A stretch of 64,000 nucleotides of DNA, taken from assembly GCA_963422395.1 (NCBI GenBank), contig OY729431.1, positions 1,600,001-1,664,000 on the forward strand, given 5' to 3'. The position numbers were made by a program, and so were the translations under genes. The notes under the pieces are model-generated. The model was not told where the DNA came from. It worked only from the letters and a program-made list of their open reading frames with translations, and did not search any database. Source of the DNA: Vicinamibacteria bacterium. GTDB taxonomy: Bacteria > Acidobacteriota > Vicinamibacteria > Marinacidobacterales > Marinacidobacteraceae. Each line of letters starts with the position of its first letter. Within the stretch, counting starts at the first letter, position 1. This document shows positions 9,941-18,696 of this stretch, in pieces.

Positions 9941-11182
9941 GGTGAGTTCCCTCCCCTCTCCGGCAGCGCCGAGGCCTTCCCCGAGAGCTTCGGCGGCGGC
10001 GTTGGGGACTCCGATTGTATCCGGGCGAAGCGCCGCGATCGCCACCTTCGCCCGGTAGCCGGTCATCTCCGCGAACCCCTGCCCCGCCGGGGCACGGTCA
10101 CCGGCCTCTTCCACTCGAACCGCCCCTTCCCAGTACGGGATGTCCGGCCCCGGATAGCCCGGCGGCCGCCGGTTCTCCTGGTCCGCGAGTAGGGGGAGAA
10201 CCCGGAAATCGAGCCGTTCGGCGGGAATTCGGATGCGCCAGGCGGCGGGATAGGGGCGCCCGCCGCCCCGGACGAACCCGGGATCGGGAGGTGTCCAGGA
10301 GTCGAGGACCTCGACGGAGGGCCGGACCTCCACGCGCACGCCGTCTTCGCGCCGCAGGGTGCCGCTCGCGTACGAGAGCGTGCCGTCGGCGCGGCGCAGC
10401 AGGTAGAGCATGAGGTCGCTTCCATCGTCCAGGTTCAGGCCGAACCAGTCCCACCCCGTCTGCTCCGAGGCGAGCCACGCCGAGCCGAACTCGCGGTCCA
10501 TCCAGGCGGTTCCGCGGACTTCGAATCGGCCGCCGCCGAGCTGCAAGCTGCCCTGCACCTGCAGCCGGGTATGGCTGTAGTAGAGGCTCGCCCGGCCTTC
10601 TTCCGACTTCCGGGAATAGCCGCCGTCTCCGTGGAGAAGCGGCGCCAGGGTCGGCGATGCGGCGAGCTGGAGCGAAAGCCCCTGCCGCTCGTCGGCGGCG
10701 CTCAGGAAGAAGGCTCCATCCTGCCAGAGGATCGACCAGGGACGGGCGACGCCCGGCGGGCCTCGGAACCAGGCGATCTCGGGGGCTGGCATCCTGCCGA
10801 AACGGGCGAAACCGGGAGACTCGCGGTGGGAGGTCTGCGAAAAGACGCGCTCGCCGCTGTCGAGATCGGCCACGACCGCGTGCCCCATCACCGCATGGCG
10901 AGCGCCCCAGGGCGAAGGTGCTGCCGGCGGGGGAGCGAGCGCGATCCCGCTCCGAAACGCGGTGAACTGCCAGGCGAACCGCCGCGTCCGGTCCGCAGTT
11001 TCGGCGAACCCGACGAAGTACCACCATTCGGTCCGATATCCGTCGTGCGCCCGGTGATCGCGGGGGAACTCCCAGTCGAATCCGGGAGCGGCCTGCTTCC
11101 AGTCGGGAGACGAAGCGGCGGCTGCCGTGAGAGGAACGGCGAGCGCGGCTACCGCGAGCCGCAAGCGAGCGCGGCGAAGCAC
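9158..11182 (-). CDS. AttH/CrtC-like secreted lipocalin-fold protein fused in frame to a PuuD-like membrane domain
   Basis: GTG at 11182 after GAGGAGG; signal peptide; motifs EWWYF, YYSHTRL, AWMDREF, GWDWF, YWEG, GFAEMTGY. No stop occurs before the PuuD-like part. Confidence 0.8.
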   Translation of the reverse strand: MLRRARLRLAVAALAVPLTAAAASSPDWKQAAPGFDWEFPRDHRAHDGYRTEWWYFVGFAETADRTRRFAWQFTAFRSGIALAPPPAAPSPWGARHAVMGHAVVADLDSGERVFSQTSHRESPGFARFGRMPAPEIAWFRGPPGVARPWSILWQDGAFFLSAADERQGLSLQLAASPTLAPLLHGDGGYSRKSEEGRASLYYSHTRLQVQGSLQLGGGRFEVRGTAWMDREFGSAWLASEQTGWDWFGLNLDDGSDLMLYLLRRADGTLSYASGTLRREDGVRVEVRPSVEVLDSWTPPDPGFVRGGGRPYPAAWRIRIPAERLDFRVLPLLADQENRRPPGYPGPDIPYWEGAVRVEEAGDRAPAGQGFAEMTGYRAKVAIAALRPDTIGVPNAAAEALGEGLGAAGEGRELTMMDGLVFLFRWLHVFVGILWIGHLYFFNFVNAQMAAQLDGRTKQKVVPQLMPRALYWFRWGAAWTWITGAVLLLLVFYHGGLMFGPGDGWGGGALLMVAVTFLAVFLYDALWRSGLRSKVRAATLVSFALLAVTVWLFVAVGGFTERAVLIHTGAMFGTMMAFNVWFRIWPAQQRIIAAVKAGEAPAAADPALAGLRSKHNTYLSLPLLWAMLNEHATPFFGGNFGIPGEYYWIAWLVIVAIGWHVIFQCYRIAGRVSGM

Positions 11183-11186
11183 CGGA

Positions 11187-13802
11187 TCAAACCTCCTCGC
11201 GCAGCGGAGCGGCACCGACGCGGGAGGCCAGACGGGCGGGCAGCGCAGCGGCCACGAGGCCGGCGAGCAGGACCGCAGCGGCCACCGCGATCAGCTCGGC
11301 GATCGGCCAGTGGAGTTCGAGGGTCCAGCCGAACCAGGCGGGGTTGACGACCCGGACGAGCAGCAGTGTCAGCAGCACGCCGGCCCCGCCGCCGATCGCG
11401 AGCGACATCGCCACGATCGCCGCGCCCCGGCCCAGGAAACCGGCGACCACCTGCGCCCGGCTCGCTCCGAGCGCCCGGTAGAGGGCGATCTCCGGTGCCC
11501 GTTCCCGAACCAGCGTCCACAAGGCGAGCCCCAGACCGAACGCCGCGATCAGCAGGGCGAAGGCTCGGAGCAGCCCCGTCACCGCCATCGTCTGGTCGAA
11601 CACCCGGAGCGCGCGGGCCCGGAGCGTCCGATTGTCCACCAGGAAGACTCCCGAACCCATGCTCCGTTCCAGCCGGGCGATCACCGCGCCGGGTTCCGCG
11701 CCCTCCCGTAGGTAGAGCGCCATCCCGTGGACCTCCGGGGATAGGAGATCCGGGGGCGGATAGAGGCGATTCATCAGGCGGCGGTCCATGAAGAGCGCTC
11801 CGATCTCGTTTCCATAGTCGCGATAGACGCCGGCGACCTCCGCCTCATACCCTCCCCGCTCGCCGGAATCGACGCCCGGCAGGGGCAGCCGGTCGCCGGG
11901 ACGCAGATCGAGGCGCCGGGCGAGCGGCTCGGACACCAGAATGGCCCCCGCCCGAAACCCCCGGAGCGCTCGCTCGCGATCCCCGAGGATGGAGAACCGC
12001 TCCCCGGCGCGCGGAAGCGACGACTCCACCCCGAGGACGGTGGTCGGTCGTCCCTCGATCCGGATGCGGAGAGCGCGCAACAGGTCCCGGAAGGCCACTT
12101 CGGGATCTGCGGCGGCAGCGTCTTGCACCGCGGACGGAAGAGCTCGGCGCTCGGCCGCTACCCGGCCGGGGCCGCGAGAGCGCGACACATAGACATCCGC
12201 CACCAGCGTCTCGCCGAGCCAGCTGTCCAGGGTGGCGCGAAAACTCCCGATCAGCGCGGTCACCGCGAGCAACATGGCGGCCGCCACTACCAGCGCCGCG
12301 GTCGGGGGGCCGGTGGAACGGGGTTCCCGGATCGCCGCCGCCGCCCCCCGGCTGAAGCTGGAGCGTTTTCCGGCGGCCCGGGCGATGGGGGCGAGCAGGG
12401 GAAACCCGGCGCCGGACAAAAGAGCGGCGCCGGTGAGCAGGGCGGCGGCGGCGCCGAACCCACCGCCGTAATTCGCCAACGGGCTTCCAGGGGCGAACAA
12501 CGGCCATCCCGCAGCAGCCATCAGGCCCGCCCCGAAGAGCGCGGGCGCGAAGCGGCGCAGCAGCCGGGGAGCGCGCCGCGAGAGCTTCCCGGAGAATTCG
12601 CCAGAAAATTCCCGGCCGGGCGCGAGGAGTGCTGCCGGCGGGCGCCGACTCCAGGCGAGAACCTCCGGCAGCGACCCGGGCAGCGCCGCCGCCACGGCTG
12701 CGAGGGCCGCAAGGGCGGCTACGCCCGGCGTGAGTGCCACGCTGTCGATCCGTTCGAGCAAGTAGAAATTCGTGATCGTCGCGCTGACCCGATCGAGCGA
12801 GGCCAAGGCGGCGAATCCTCCCACTGGAATTCCGAGGAGCACTCCGGCGAGGGTGGCGAGCAGTACCTCTCCGAGCAGGAGTGCTCCGGTCTGGCGCGCC
12901 GACGCCCCGAGAGCCCGGTAGAGCGCGATTTCCCGCCGGCGGGCGGCGAGCGCCGCCCGGACGCTCGCGTGGACCAGGAAGGCCCCGACCAGCACGCTCA
13001 CCGCCGAAAGCGCCAGCAGGTTCAGTCGGAACGCCGAAAAGAGCTCCGACCCCTGTTCGCGCAGCAGATCGGGGGACTCGACCCGGACTCCCGGAAGCAG
13101 CCGGGAAAGCGTCCGCGACAAGGCGGCGGGGTCGGCACCCTCCGCCGCCGCCACCTCGATGCGGTCGAACCCCGCCCGTCCCCGAAGCGCCTGAGCGAAG
13201 GCGAGGTCGAGGAAGGCCGCGGTCCCAGCCCCCTCCGGGGCCAGGACTCCGACAACCGGCGCCTCCCATCCGGCTTCTCCCCGCTCGATCCGCACCGGGT
13301 CCCCGACGCTCGCCCCGAGCTGTGCCGCCGCAGCCGGCGGCAGCACGATCCCACCGAGAAAGAGACCCTCACCGAGATCCGCAAACCGGCTCCGGCCGCC
13401 AGCCAGAACCGGCGCCGCGGCGGCGAACGAATTCGAGAGGATGTCTACCCCCCACGCCGCGACCGAAACTTCGGTCGGGATCTCGGACCCGGCGGCGGAA
13501 ACCGTTACTTCGGGCAGCCGGATCACCGGAGCCGCGCTCCTGACTCCGGGAGTTGCCAGGACCGCGGGCCAGGCGGCGTCGGGAACGCTTCCCGGCTCGT
13601 CGATCACCCCGGAGACCACGAGGTCCGCAGCTCCTGAAACCGCATCGAGGGTCGCGTCCAAGGTGTCGAGTGCCGCCCGGTTCAAGAGCTGGACCGAGAC
13701 CACCGCGCCGACGCCGAGAGCGATCGCGGCGACCTGGAGCAGCGCGAGCGCGGGAGCGGCCCAGAGGCGCGCGGGAGCCGCGCGGAGGAGAAGCCCGATC
13801 AC
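11187..13802 (-). CDS. FtsX/MacB-like ABC transporter permease (AttF/G type)
   Basis: Two FtsX-like halves with RRREIALYRALGAS and ERAPEIALYRALGAS; C-terminal FGWTL. Confidence 0.88.
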   Translation of the reverse strand: MIGLLLRAAPARLWAAPALALLQVAAIALGVGAVVSVQLLNRAALDTLDATLDAVSGAADLVVSGVIDEPGSVPDAAWPAVLATPGVRSAAPVIRLPEVTVSAAGSEIPTEVSVAAWGVDILSNSFAAAAPVLAGGRSRFADLGEGLFLGGIVLPPAAAAQLGASVGDPVRIERGEAGWEAPVVGVLAPEGAGTAAFLDLAFAQALRGRAGFDRIEVAAAEGADPAALSRTLSRLLPGVRVESPDLLREQGSELFSAFRLNLLALSAVSVLVGAFLVHASVRAALAARRREIALYRALGASARQTGALLLGEVLLATLAGVLLGIPVGGFAALASLDRVSATITNFYLLERIDSVALTPGVAALAALAAVAAALPGSLPEVLAWSRRPPAALLAPGREFSGEFSGKLSRRAPRLLRRFAPALFGAGLMAAAGWPLFAPGSPLANYGGGFGAAAALLTGAALLSGAGFPLLAPIARAAGKRSSFSRGAAAAIREPRSTGPPTAALVVAAAMLLAVTALIGSFRATLDSWLGETLVADVYVSRSRGPGRVAAERRALPSAVQDAAAADPEVAFRDLLRALRIRIEGRPTTVLGVESSLPRAGERFSILGDRERALRGFRAGAILVSEPLARRLDLRPGDRLPLPGVDSGERGGYEAEVAGVYRDYGNEIGALFMDRRLMNRLYPPPDLLSPEVHGMALYLREGAEPGAVIARLERSMGSGVFLVDNRTLRARALRVFDQTMAVTGLLRAFALLIAAFGLGLALWTLVRERAPEIALYRALGASRAQVVAGFLGRGAAIVAMSLAIGGGAGVLLTLLLVRVVNPAWFGWTLELHWPIAELIAVAAAVLLAGLVAAALPARLASRVGAAPLREEV

Positions 13803-14506
13803 CGCTCCCGCAGCAGGCGCCCCCCATCGAGCCGCAAACGGGATTCGGTGCGCTCAGCGAGCTCGGGATCGTGCGTCGCGAGCAGGAGACCCGCTCCCTG
13901 TTCTCCGACGAGGCAGAAGAGCAGATCCGAGACTGCCGCCGCGCTCTCGGCGTCGAGGTTGCCGGTGGGCTCGTCCGCCAGGATCAGCCGCGGCCGCAGG
14001 AGCAGCGCCCGGGCGATCGCGGTCCGCTGCATCTCGCCGCCGGAGAGCAGCCGCGCCGGCTCCCGAGCACGGTCTCCGAGTTCGACCGCCGCCAGCAATC
14101 GGTCGGCAGCCGATTCGACCTCCTCCGGCGCGCCGTCCTCGCCGGGCACCTCGCGCCGGCGGGCGATCCGGGCGGGGAGCAGGACATTCTCCCGGACGGT
14201 CAGGTAGGGGACGAGATGGAAGAACTGGAACACGAAGCCCACGGTTCGGGAGCGGAGCCGGCTTCGCTCCACATCTCCGAGCGTCGAAAGGTCCCGCTCT
14301 CCGAGGCGCACCGATCCCCGATTCGGGGCTTCGATCCCGCCGGCGATGTGGAGCAGAGTGCTCTTGCCGCTGCCCGAGCGGCCCGCCACCGATACCGCCT
14401 CTCCCCCGCCGATCCGGAGGTCCACGGAGTCGAGAACGGTCGACTCCGAGCCATCGGCCTGGCGATAGCGTCTCGTGACCCCGCTCAGTTCGAGGACGGG
14501 GTTCAT
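13799..14506 (-). CDS. ABC transporter ATP-binding protein (LolD/AttE-like)
   Basis: GRSGSGKST, GFVFQFFHL, LSGGEMQR, LADEPTGNLD. Confidence 0.95.
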   Translation of the reverse strand: MNPVLELSGVTRRYRQADGSESTVLDSVDLRIGGGEAVSVAGRSGSGKSTLLHIAGGIEAPNRGSVRLGERDLSTLGDVERSRLRSRTVGFVFQFFHLVPYLTVRENVLLPARIARRREVPGEDGAPEEVESAADRLLAAVELGDRAREPARLLSGGEMQRTAIARALLLRPRLILADEPTGNLDAESAAAVSDLLFCLVGEQGAGLLLATHDPELAERTESRLRLDGGRLLRER

Positions 14507-15522
14507 CGGGAGAGAGCGTCGTTCCGGGCGGCCACCACCTGCGCCATCACTGCGAGCGCGATCTGTTCGGGGGAGCGGGCGCCGATGTCGAGTCCGATCG
14601 GGGCTGCGATCCGCGCCAGCGCCGTCTCGGAGAGGCCGCGCTCCCGGAGCCTCACCAAGCGGCGGGCGTGGGTCTTCCGGCTGCCCAGCGCACCGACATA
14701 GAAGGCGGGGCTCGCGAGAGCGGCGGCGAGCGCTGGATCGTCCAACTTGGGATCGTGGGTGAGCGTCGCCACTGCGGCGCCGGCGTCGAGCCCGATACGG
14801 CGCAGCCCCGGCTCGGGCCAGTCGTTCACGATCTCGACCTCGGGGAAGCGCTCCGCCGAAGCGAACACCGGGCGCGGGTCGCAGATCACCGGGCGGTAGC
14901 CCAGCATCCGCGCGAGCCCCGCGAGCGACTGGGCGATGTGGACTCCGCCGATGATCACCAGCGACTCGGGCGGTCGGATGACATCGCAGAAGACGGGCCC
15001 CCGCTCCGTCTCGCAGGCGGAGGGTTCGCCGCCGGCGAGGGCGGAGCGGGCCGCCTCGACCAGAGCCGGCGAGCGCCCTTCCAGGGATTCAGGCTCCGGC
15101 GATCCCTCGAAGAGCACCAGGCTCTCGCCGAGGTGCGGGCCGTCGGTGACTACCGCGAGCGCCACCGGCAGCCGACGGCGCATCCCTTCCCGCACCCGGC
15201 CGAGGAGCTCGCGGTCCGCGCGTTCCACGAACACCGTGAGCGAGCCTCCGCAGGCCAGTCCCACGCCCCAGGCCAACTCGTCGGATACCGCGAAACGCAA
15301 GAGCCGCGGCGAACCGGTCGCGAGCACTTCCCGCGCCGCCTCGACCACGCTCGCCTCTACGCAGCCGCCGCTCACCGACCCGGCGATTCCGCCTTCCGGA
15401 TCCACCGTCATCCGGGCACCGGGGCGGCGGGGCCCGGAGCCCCAGGCAGCCACGACGGTGGAGAGGGCGAGAGGCCCTTCCCCGGCGAGCCAGGAATCGA
15501 GGACCGGGGCGATGTCACGCAC
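14503..15522 (-). CDS. XdhC/CoxI family molybdoenzyme maturation factor
   Basis: GSVSGGCVE, GLACGG, THDPKLDD, YVGALGSR, PIGLDIGARSPEQIA. Confidence 0.92.
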   Translation of the reverse strand: MRDIAPVLDSWLAGEGPLALSTVVAAWGSGPRRPGARMTVDPEGGIAGSVSGGCVEASVVEAAREVLATGSPRLLRFAVSDELAWGVGLACGGSLTVFVERADRELLGRVREGMRRRLPVALAVVTDGPHLGESLVLFEGSPEPESLEGRSPALVEAARSALAGGEPSACETERGPVFCDVIRPPESLVIIGGVHIAQSLAGLARMLGYRPVICDPRPVFASAERFPEVEIVNDWPEPGLRRIGLDAGAAVATLTHDPKLDDPALAAALASPAFYVGALGSRKTHARRLVRLRERGLSETALARIAAPIGLDIGARSPEQIALAVMAQVVAARNDALSR

Positions 15523-15554
15523 GGCAGACGGGGATTATCCGCTTCTAGCAGAAG

Positions 15555-16781
15555 TCAGCAGTGCCGGGAAGCGCGCGCCCGTCCGGCAGGACGGAACCGC
15601 CGCAGGTGCTCGGCGAGCTCGCGCACGCTCGCGAGGTCGTTCACCGGCAGGAAGTCGTGGACATGGGGGAGTGCCGCCGCCATGCCGCGGGTGAGAGGCT
15701 CGTAGCCGGCGTCGCCGAGCAGCGGATTCAGCCAGACGATCCGCCAGGCGAGGCCCCGAAGCCGCTCCATCTCGGCCGCGACCAGCCCCGGGTCGCCCCG
15801 GTCCCAGCCGTCGCTCACCAGCAGCACCACCGCCGCGGAAGTGGGCAGCCGGCGCGCCCATTCCCGGTTGAAACGGTGGAGCGCTTCGCCGATCCGAGTG
15901 CCGCCCGACCAGTCCCGCACCGCCCCGGAGGCCTCGCGGAGCGCCCGGTCCACCCGCCGATCGGCCAGTTTGCGAGTGATCCGGGTGAGCCGGGTAGCGA
16001 ACACGAAGGTCTCCACCCGGCTTCTCGTCCCGTGTGACAACCCGTAGAGAAAGTGGAGCAGGACCCGCGCGGTCTGCTCCATCGAACCGCTCACATCGGC
16101 CAGCACGATGATCGGACGCGGCTTCTCCCGGCGGCGGCGGCGCGTGAGGCGGAAACACTCGCCGCCATGGCGAAGGCTGCTGCGGAGCGTGCGCCGGAGA
16201 TCCAGGGAGCGGCGTCCGCCGGGGCCGAAACGCACCACCCGCCGCGCCGCCGCTTCCCACCCCGCATCCCGCATCAGCGCCTGCACCGCGCGCAGTTCTT
16301 CCTCGTCGAGGTCGGAGAAATCGCGCCGCTCCAGCGCCTCGCGGTCGCTCCAGGTACGTCGGGCGAAGGGGCGCGGGGGGCTCTCTTCGTCTCCCCCCCG
16401 GCCCCCGCCAGGGTCGAACCGGAAGGTCGCGGGAACGGAAGTCGTCCGCGGCTTCCGCAGGACCATCCCCGGAAGGCGTGCCCGGGTCCATCGTTCGGGC
16501 GGGGTCTCCCAGAACATGGAAAAGGCGGCGTCGAAGAGCTCCAGATCCTCTCGGCGGTGGACCAGGAGCGCCCGGGCGGCGGCATGGAACTCCTCCCGCC
16601 GGAAGACTTCGATGCGGGACAGCGCCTCCGCCAGGTCGAGCATCCGGGCGGTGGACACCGAGAGACCGATCCCCCGCAGCAGACGCCCGAACAGGGTGAG
16701 GTTGCGAAGCAGCGGCGGCAGGGAGTCGGGCCGGGCGTCAGGTCGAGAGGCGGGCGCCCCCCCGCTCACCGCACCGCTCAC
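15555..16781 (-). CDS. coxE: CoxE-like VWA domain protein
   Basis: DVSGSM MIDAS motif, WSGGTRIG, SDGWDRGD, WLNPLL. Confidence 0.92.
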   Translation of the reverse strand: MSGAVSGGAPASRPDARPDSLPPLLRNLTLFGRLLRGIGLSVSTARMLDLAEALSRIEVFRREEFHAAARALLVHRREDLELFDAAFSMFWETPPERWTRARLPGMVLRKPRTTSVPATFRFDPGGGRGGDEESPPRPFARRTWSDREALERRDFSDLDEEELRAVQALMRDAGWEAAARRVVRFGPGGRRSLDLRRTLRSSLRHGGECFRLTRRRRREKPRPIIVLADVSGSMEQTARVLLHFLYGLSHGTRSRVETFVFATRLTRITRKLADRRVDRALREASGAVRDWSGGTRIGEALHRFNREWARRLPTSAAVVLLVSDGWDRGDPGLVAAEMERLRGLAWRIVWLNPLLGDAGYEPLTRGMAAALPHVHDFLPVNDLASVRELAEHLRRFRPAGRARASRHC

Positions 16782-17704
16782 TCGCCAGGCGCGGCGATGC
16801 GGGTGAGGATCGCGGCGCTGCGTTCGCCGCGGACGGCTTCGAGATCGTCCCGATATTTGAGCAGCGCGCCGAGCGTTCGATCCACCGCCGCCTCGTCGAG
16901 CGCCGTCTGCCCGAGCGCGGCGAGCGCCATCGTCCAGTCGAGAGTTTCCGAAACCCCCGGCCGCTTGAAGAGGTCCAGTTCCCGCAGTTCCTGGACGAAG
17001 CGGGTGGCCTCCGCGGCGAGCCGGGCCGCCGCATCCGGGACCCGTTCGCGGACGATCGCAAGCTCCCGTTCGTAGCCGGGATACGGGATCCAGTGATAGA
17101 GACAGCGGCGCTTCAGCGCATCGTGCACCTCGCGAGTGCGGTTCGAGGTGAGGATCACCACCGGCGGGGCCCCGGCGCGGATGGTGCCGATCTCCGGAAT
17201 AGTGATCTGGAAATCCGAGAGCACTTCCAGAAGATAGGCCTCGAATTCCTCATCGCTGCGATCCACTTCATCGAGGAGCAGGACCGGGCGCTTCGCCGGG
17301 CTAGAACTCTCGATGGCGCGGAGCAGCGGCCGGCGGAGGAGGAACTCCGGACCGAACAGCTCGCTCTGCTCCATCTTCCCCCGGGCGCTCTCGGCGAGCC
17401 GGATGGCCAGCATCTGCCGGGTGTAGTTCCATTCGTAGGCGGCCTGCGCGATGTCGAGCCCCTCGTAACACTGCATCCGGAGGAGCGGCGCGCCGAGGAG
17501 CGCTGCGGTCACCTTGGCGAGCTCGGTCTTCCCCACGCCCGCCTCGCCCTCGAGAAACAGGGGACGTTCGAGCCGGAGCGCGAGGAAGAGCGCGGTGGCG
17601 AGACCGGTGTCGGCGATGTATCCCTGCCCGGCGAGCGCCGCCCGGAGCTCGGGCACCGAAGCGGCGGGCATCGCCGGAGCGACTTTCGAGCCCGATCGGG
17701 TCAA
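16778..17704 (-). CDS. coxD: CoxD-like MoxR AAA+ ATPase
   Basis: GEAGVGKT, QCYEGLD, YEWNY, LLDEVD, SNRTREVHDALKRRC. Confidence 0.93.
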   Translation of the reverse strand: MTRSGSKVAPAMPAASVPELRAALAGQGYIADTGLATALFLALRLERPLFLEGEAGVGKTELAKVTAALLGAPLLRMQCYEGLDIAQAAYEWNYTRQMLAIRLAESARGKMEQSELFGPEFLLRRPLLRAIESSSPAKRPVLLLDEVDRSDEEFEAYLLEVLSDFQITIPEIGTIRAGAPPVVILTSNRTREVHDALKRRCLYHWIPYPGYERELAIVRERVPDAAARLAAEATRFVQELRELDLFKRPGVSETLDWTMALAALGQTALDEAAVDRTLGALLKYRDDLEAVRGERSAAILTRIAAPGE

Positions 17705-17755
17705 AGGACCGGCGGCAACAGCAACAGGCCGATGGAGGCGGGCCGGCGGGTCGGG

Positions 17756-18625
17756 TCAGGCAGCGGCGCGTGACGCCGCCAGACCGAGTGCCCGCTTCGC
17801 GTACACCCCTGCCAAGTGGGTGCGGAACTCGCCGGAGGCATAGAGGTCGCCGAGAGGACCCGCGAAAGCGTCCTCGACCCGCGCCGCAGCCGCAGCGATC
17901 CGCTCCGGACTGGCGGGTCCCCCGCAGAGCGCCGCGGCCGCAGCCCCGGCGAGGACTGCCTTGCCGTCCACTCCGCCGATCCCGACCGCGCAGTCCGAAA
18001 CCTCGCCGTCCTCGACCCGCATCCGCGCTGCCGCCCCGACCACCGCGTAGCTGGAAGCGGGATGCCGGTGCTTCAGGTAGGCGCTCGCCGGAGCGTGGGG
18101 AATCCGCACTGCGGTGATGATCTCGGTTTCTTCGAGCGCCGTGGTCAGGATGTCCACGAAGAAATCGACCGCCGGAATGGTGCGCCCGCCAGCAGGCCCC
18201 ACCGCCGTGATCTCGGCGCCGAGCGCGAGCATCGCCGCCGGGTAATCGGCGCCCGGGTCGGCGTGGGCGAGGCTCCCCCCCAAGGTGCCGCGATTGCGAA
18301 CCTGGATGTCACCGATCGCCGCCGCGGCCTCGGCGAGCATCGGGCAGACCCGGCGCACCACCCCGGAGTCGGCAACTGCGGCGTGGGTGGCCAGCGCTCC
18401 GAGCACGAGGGACCCACCCTTCCCGTCTCCTTCGGATTCGATGCCGTCGAGGCCGGGAATGCGCCCGATGTCCACCACCGCAGCCGGCTGGGCGGCGCGC
18501 AGCTTCATCGCCGGGATGAGGCTGTGCCCGCCGGAGACGAGCTTGGCGTCCGGGAGAGAACCGAGGAGACCGATCGCCTCGGTGATCGAGGTAGCGCGGT
18601 GGTAATCGAATTGCTGCGGATACAT
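17756..18625 (-). CDS. coxM: FAD-binding medium subunit of a form II CODH-like Mo-hydroxylase
   Basis: GGHSLIPAMKLR, QVRNRGTLGGSLAHADP. Confidence 0.9.
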   Translation of the reverse strand: MYPQQFDYHRATSITEAIGLLGSLPDAKLVSGGHSLIPAMKLRAAQPAAVVDIGRIPGLDGIESEGDGKGGSLVLGALATHAAVADSGVVRRVCPMLAEAAAAIGDIQVRNRGTLGGSLAHADPGADYPAAMLALGAEITAVGPAGGRTIPAVDFFVDILTTALEETEIITAVRIPHAPASAYLKHRHPASSYAVVGAAARMRVEDGEVSDCAVGIGGVDGKAVLAGAAAAALCGGPASPERIAAAAARVEDAFAGPLGDLYASGEFRTHLAGVYAKRALGLAASRAAA

Positions 18626-18696
18626 GGAAGTCTCCTCGTACTGGTAATCCCTCTACCGGTGATCTCGACGAATTCCGACTATTCCCAACTGGGGGC

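Noticed and set aside
9941-11182. Carotenoid hydratase CrtC function
   Set aside because: No carotenoid genes are nearby, and the ABC ATPase plus permease context matches AttH-like proteins.
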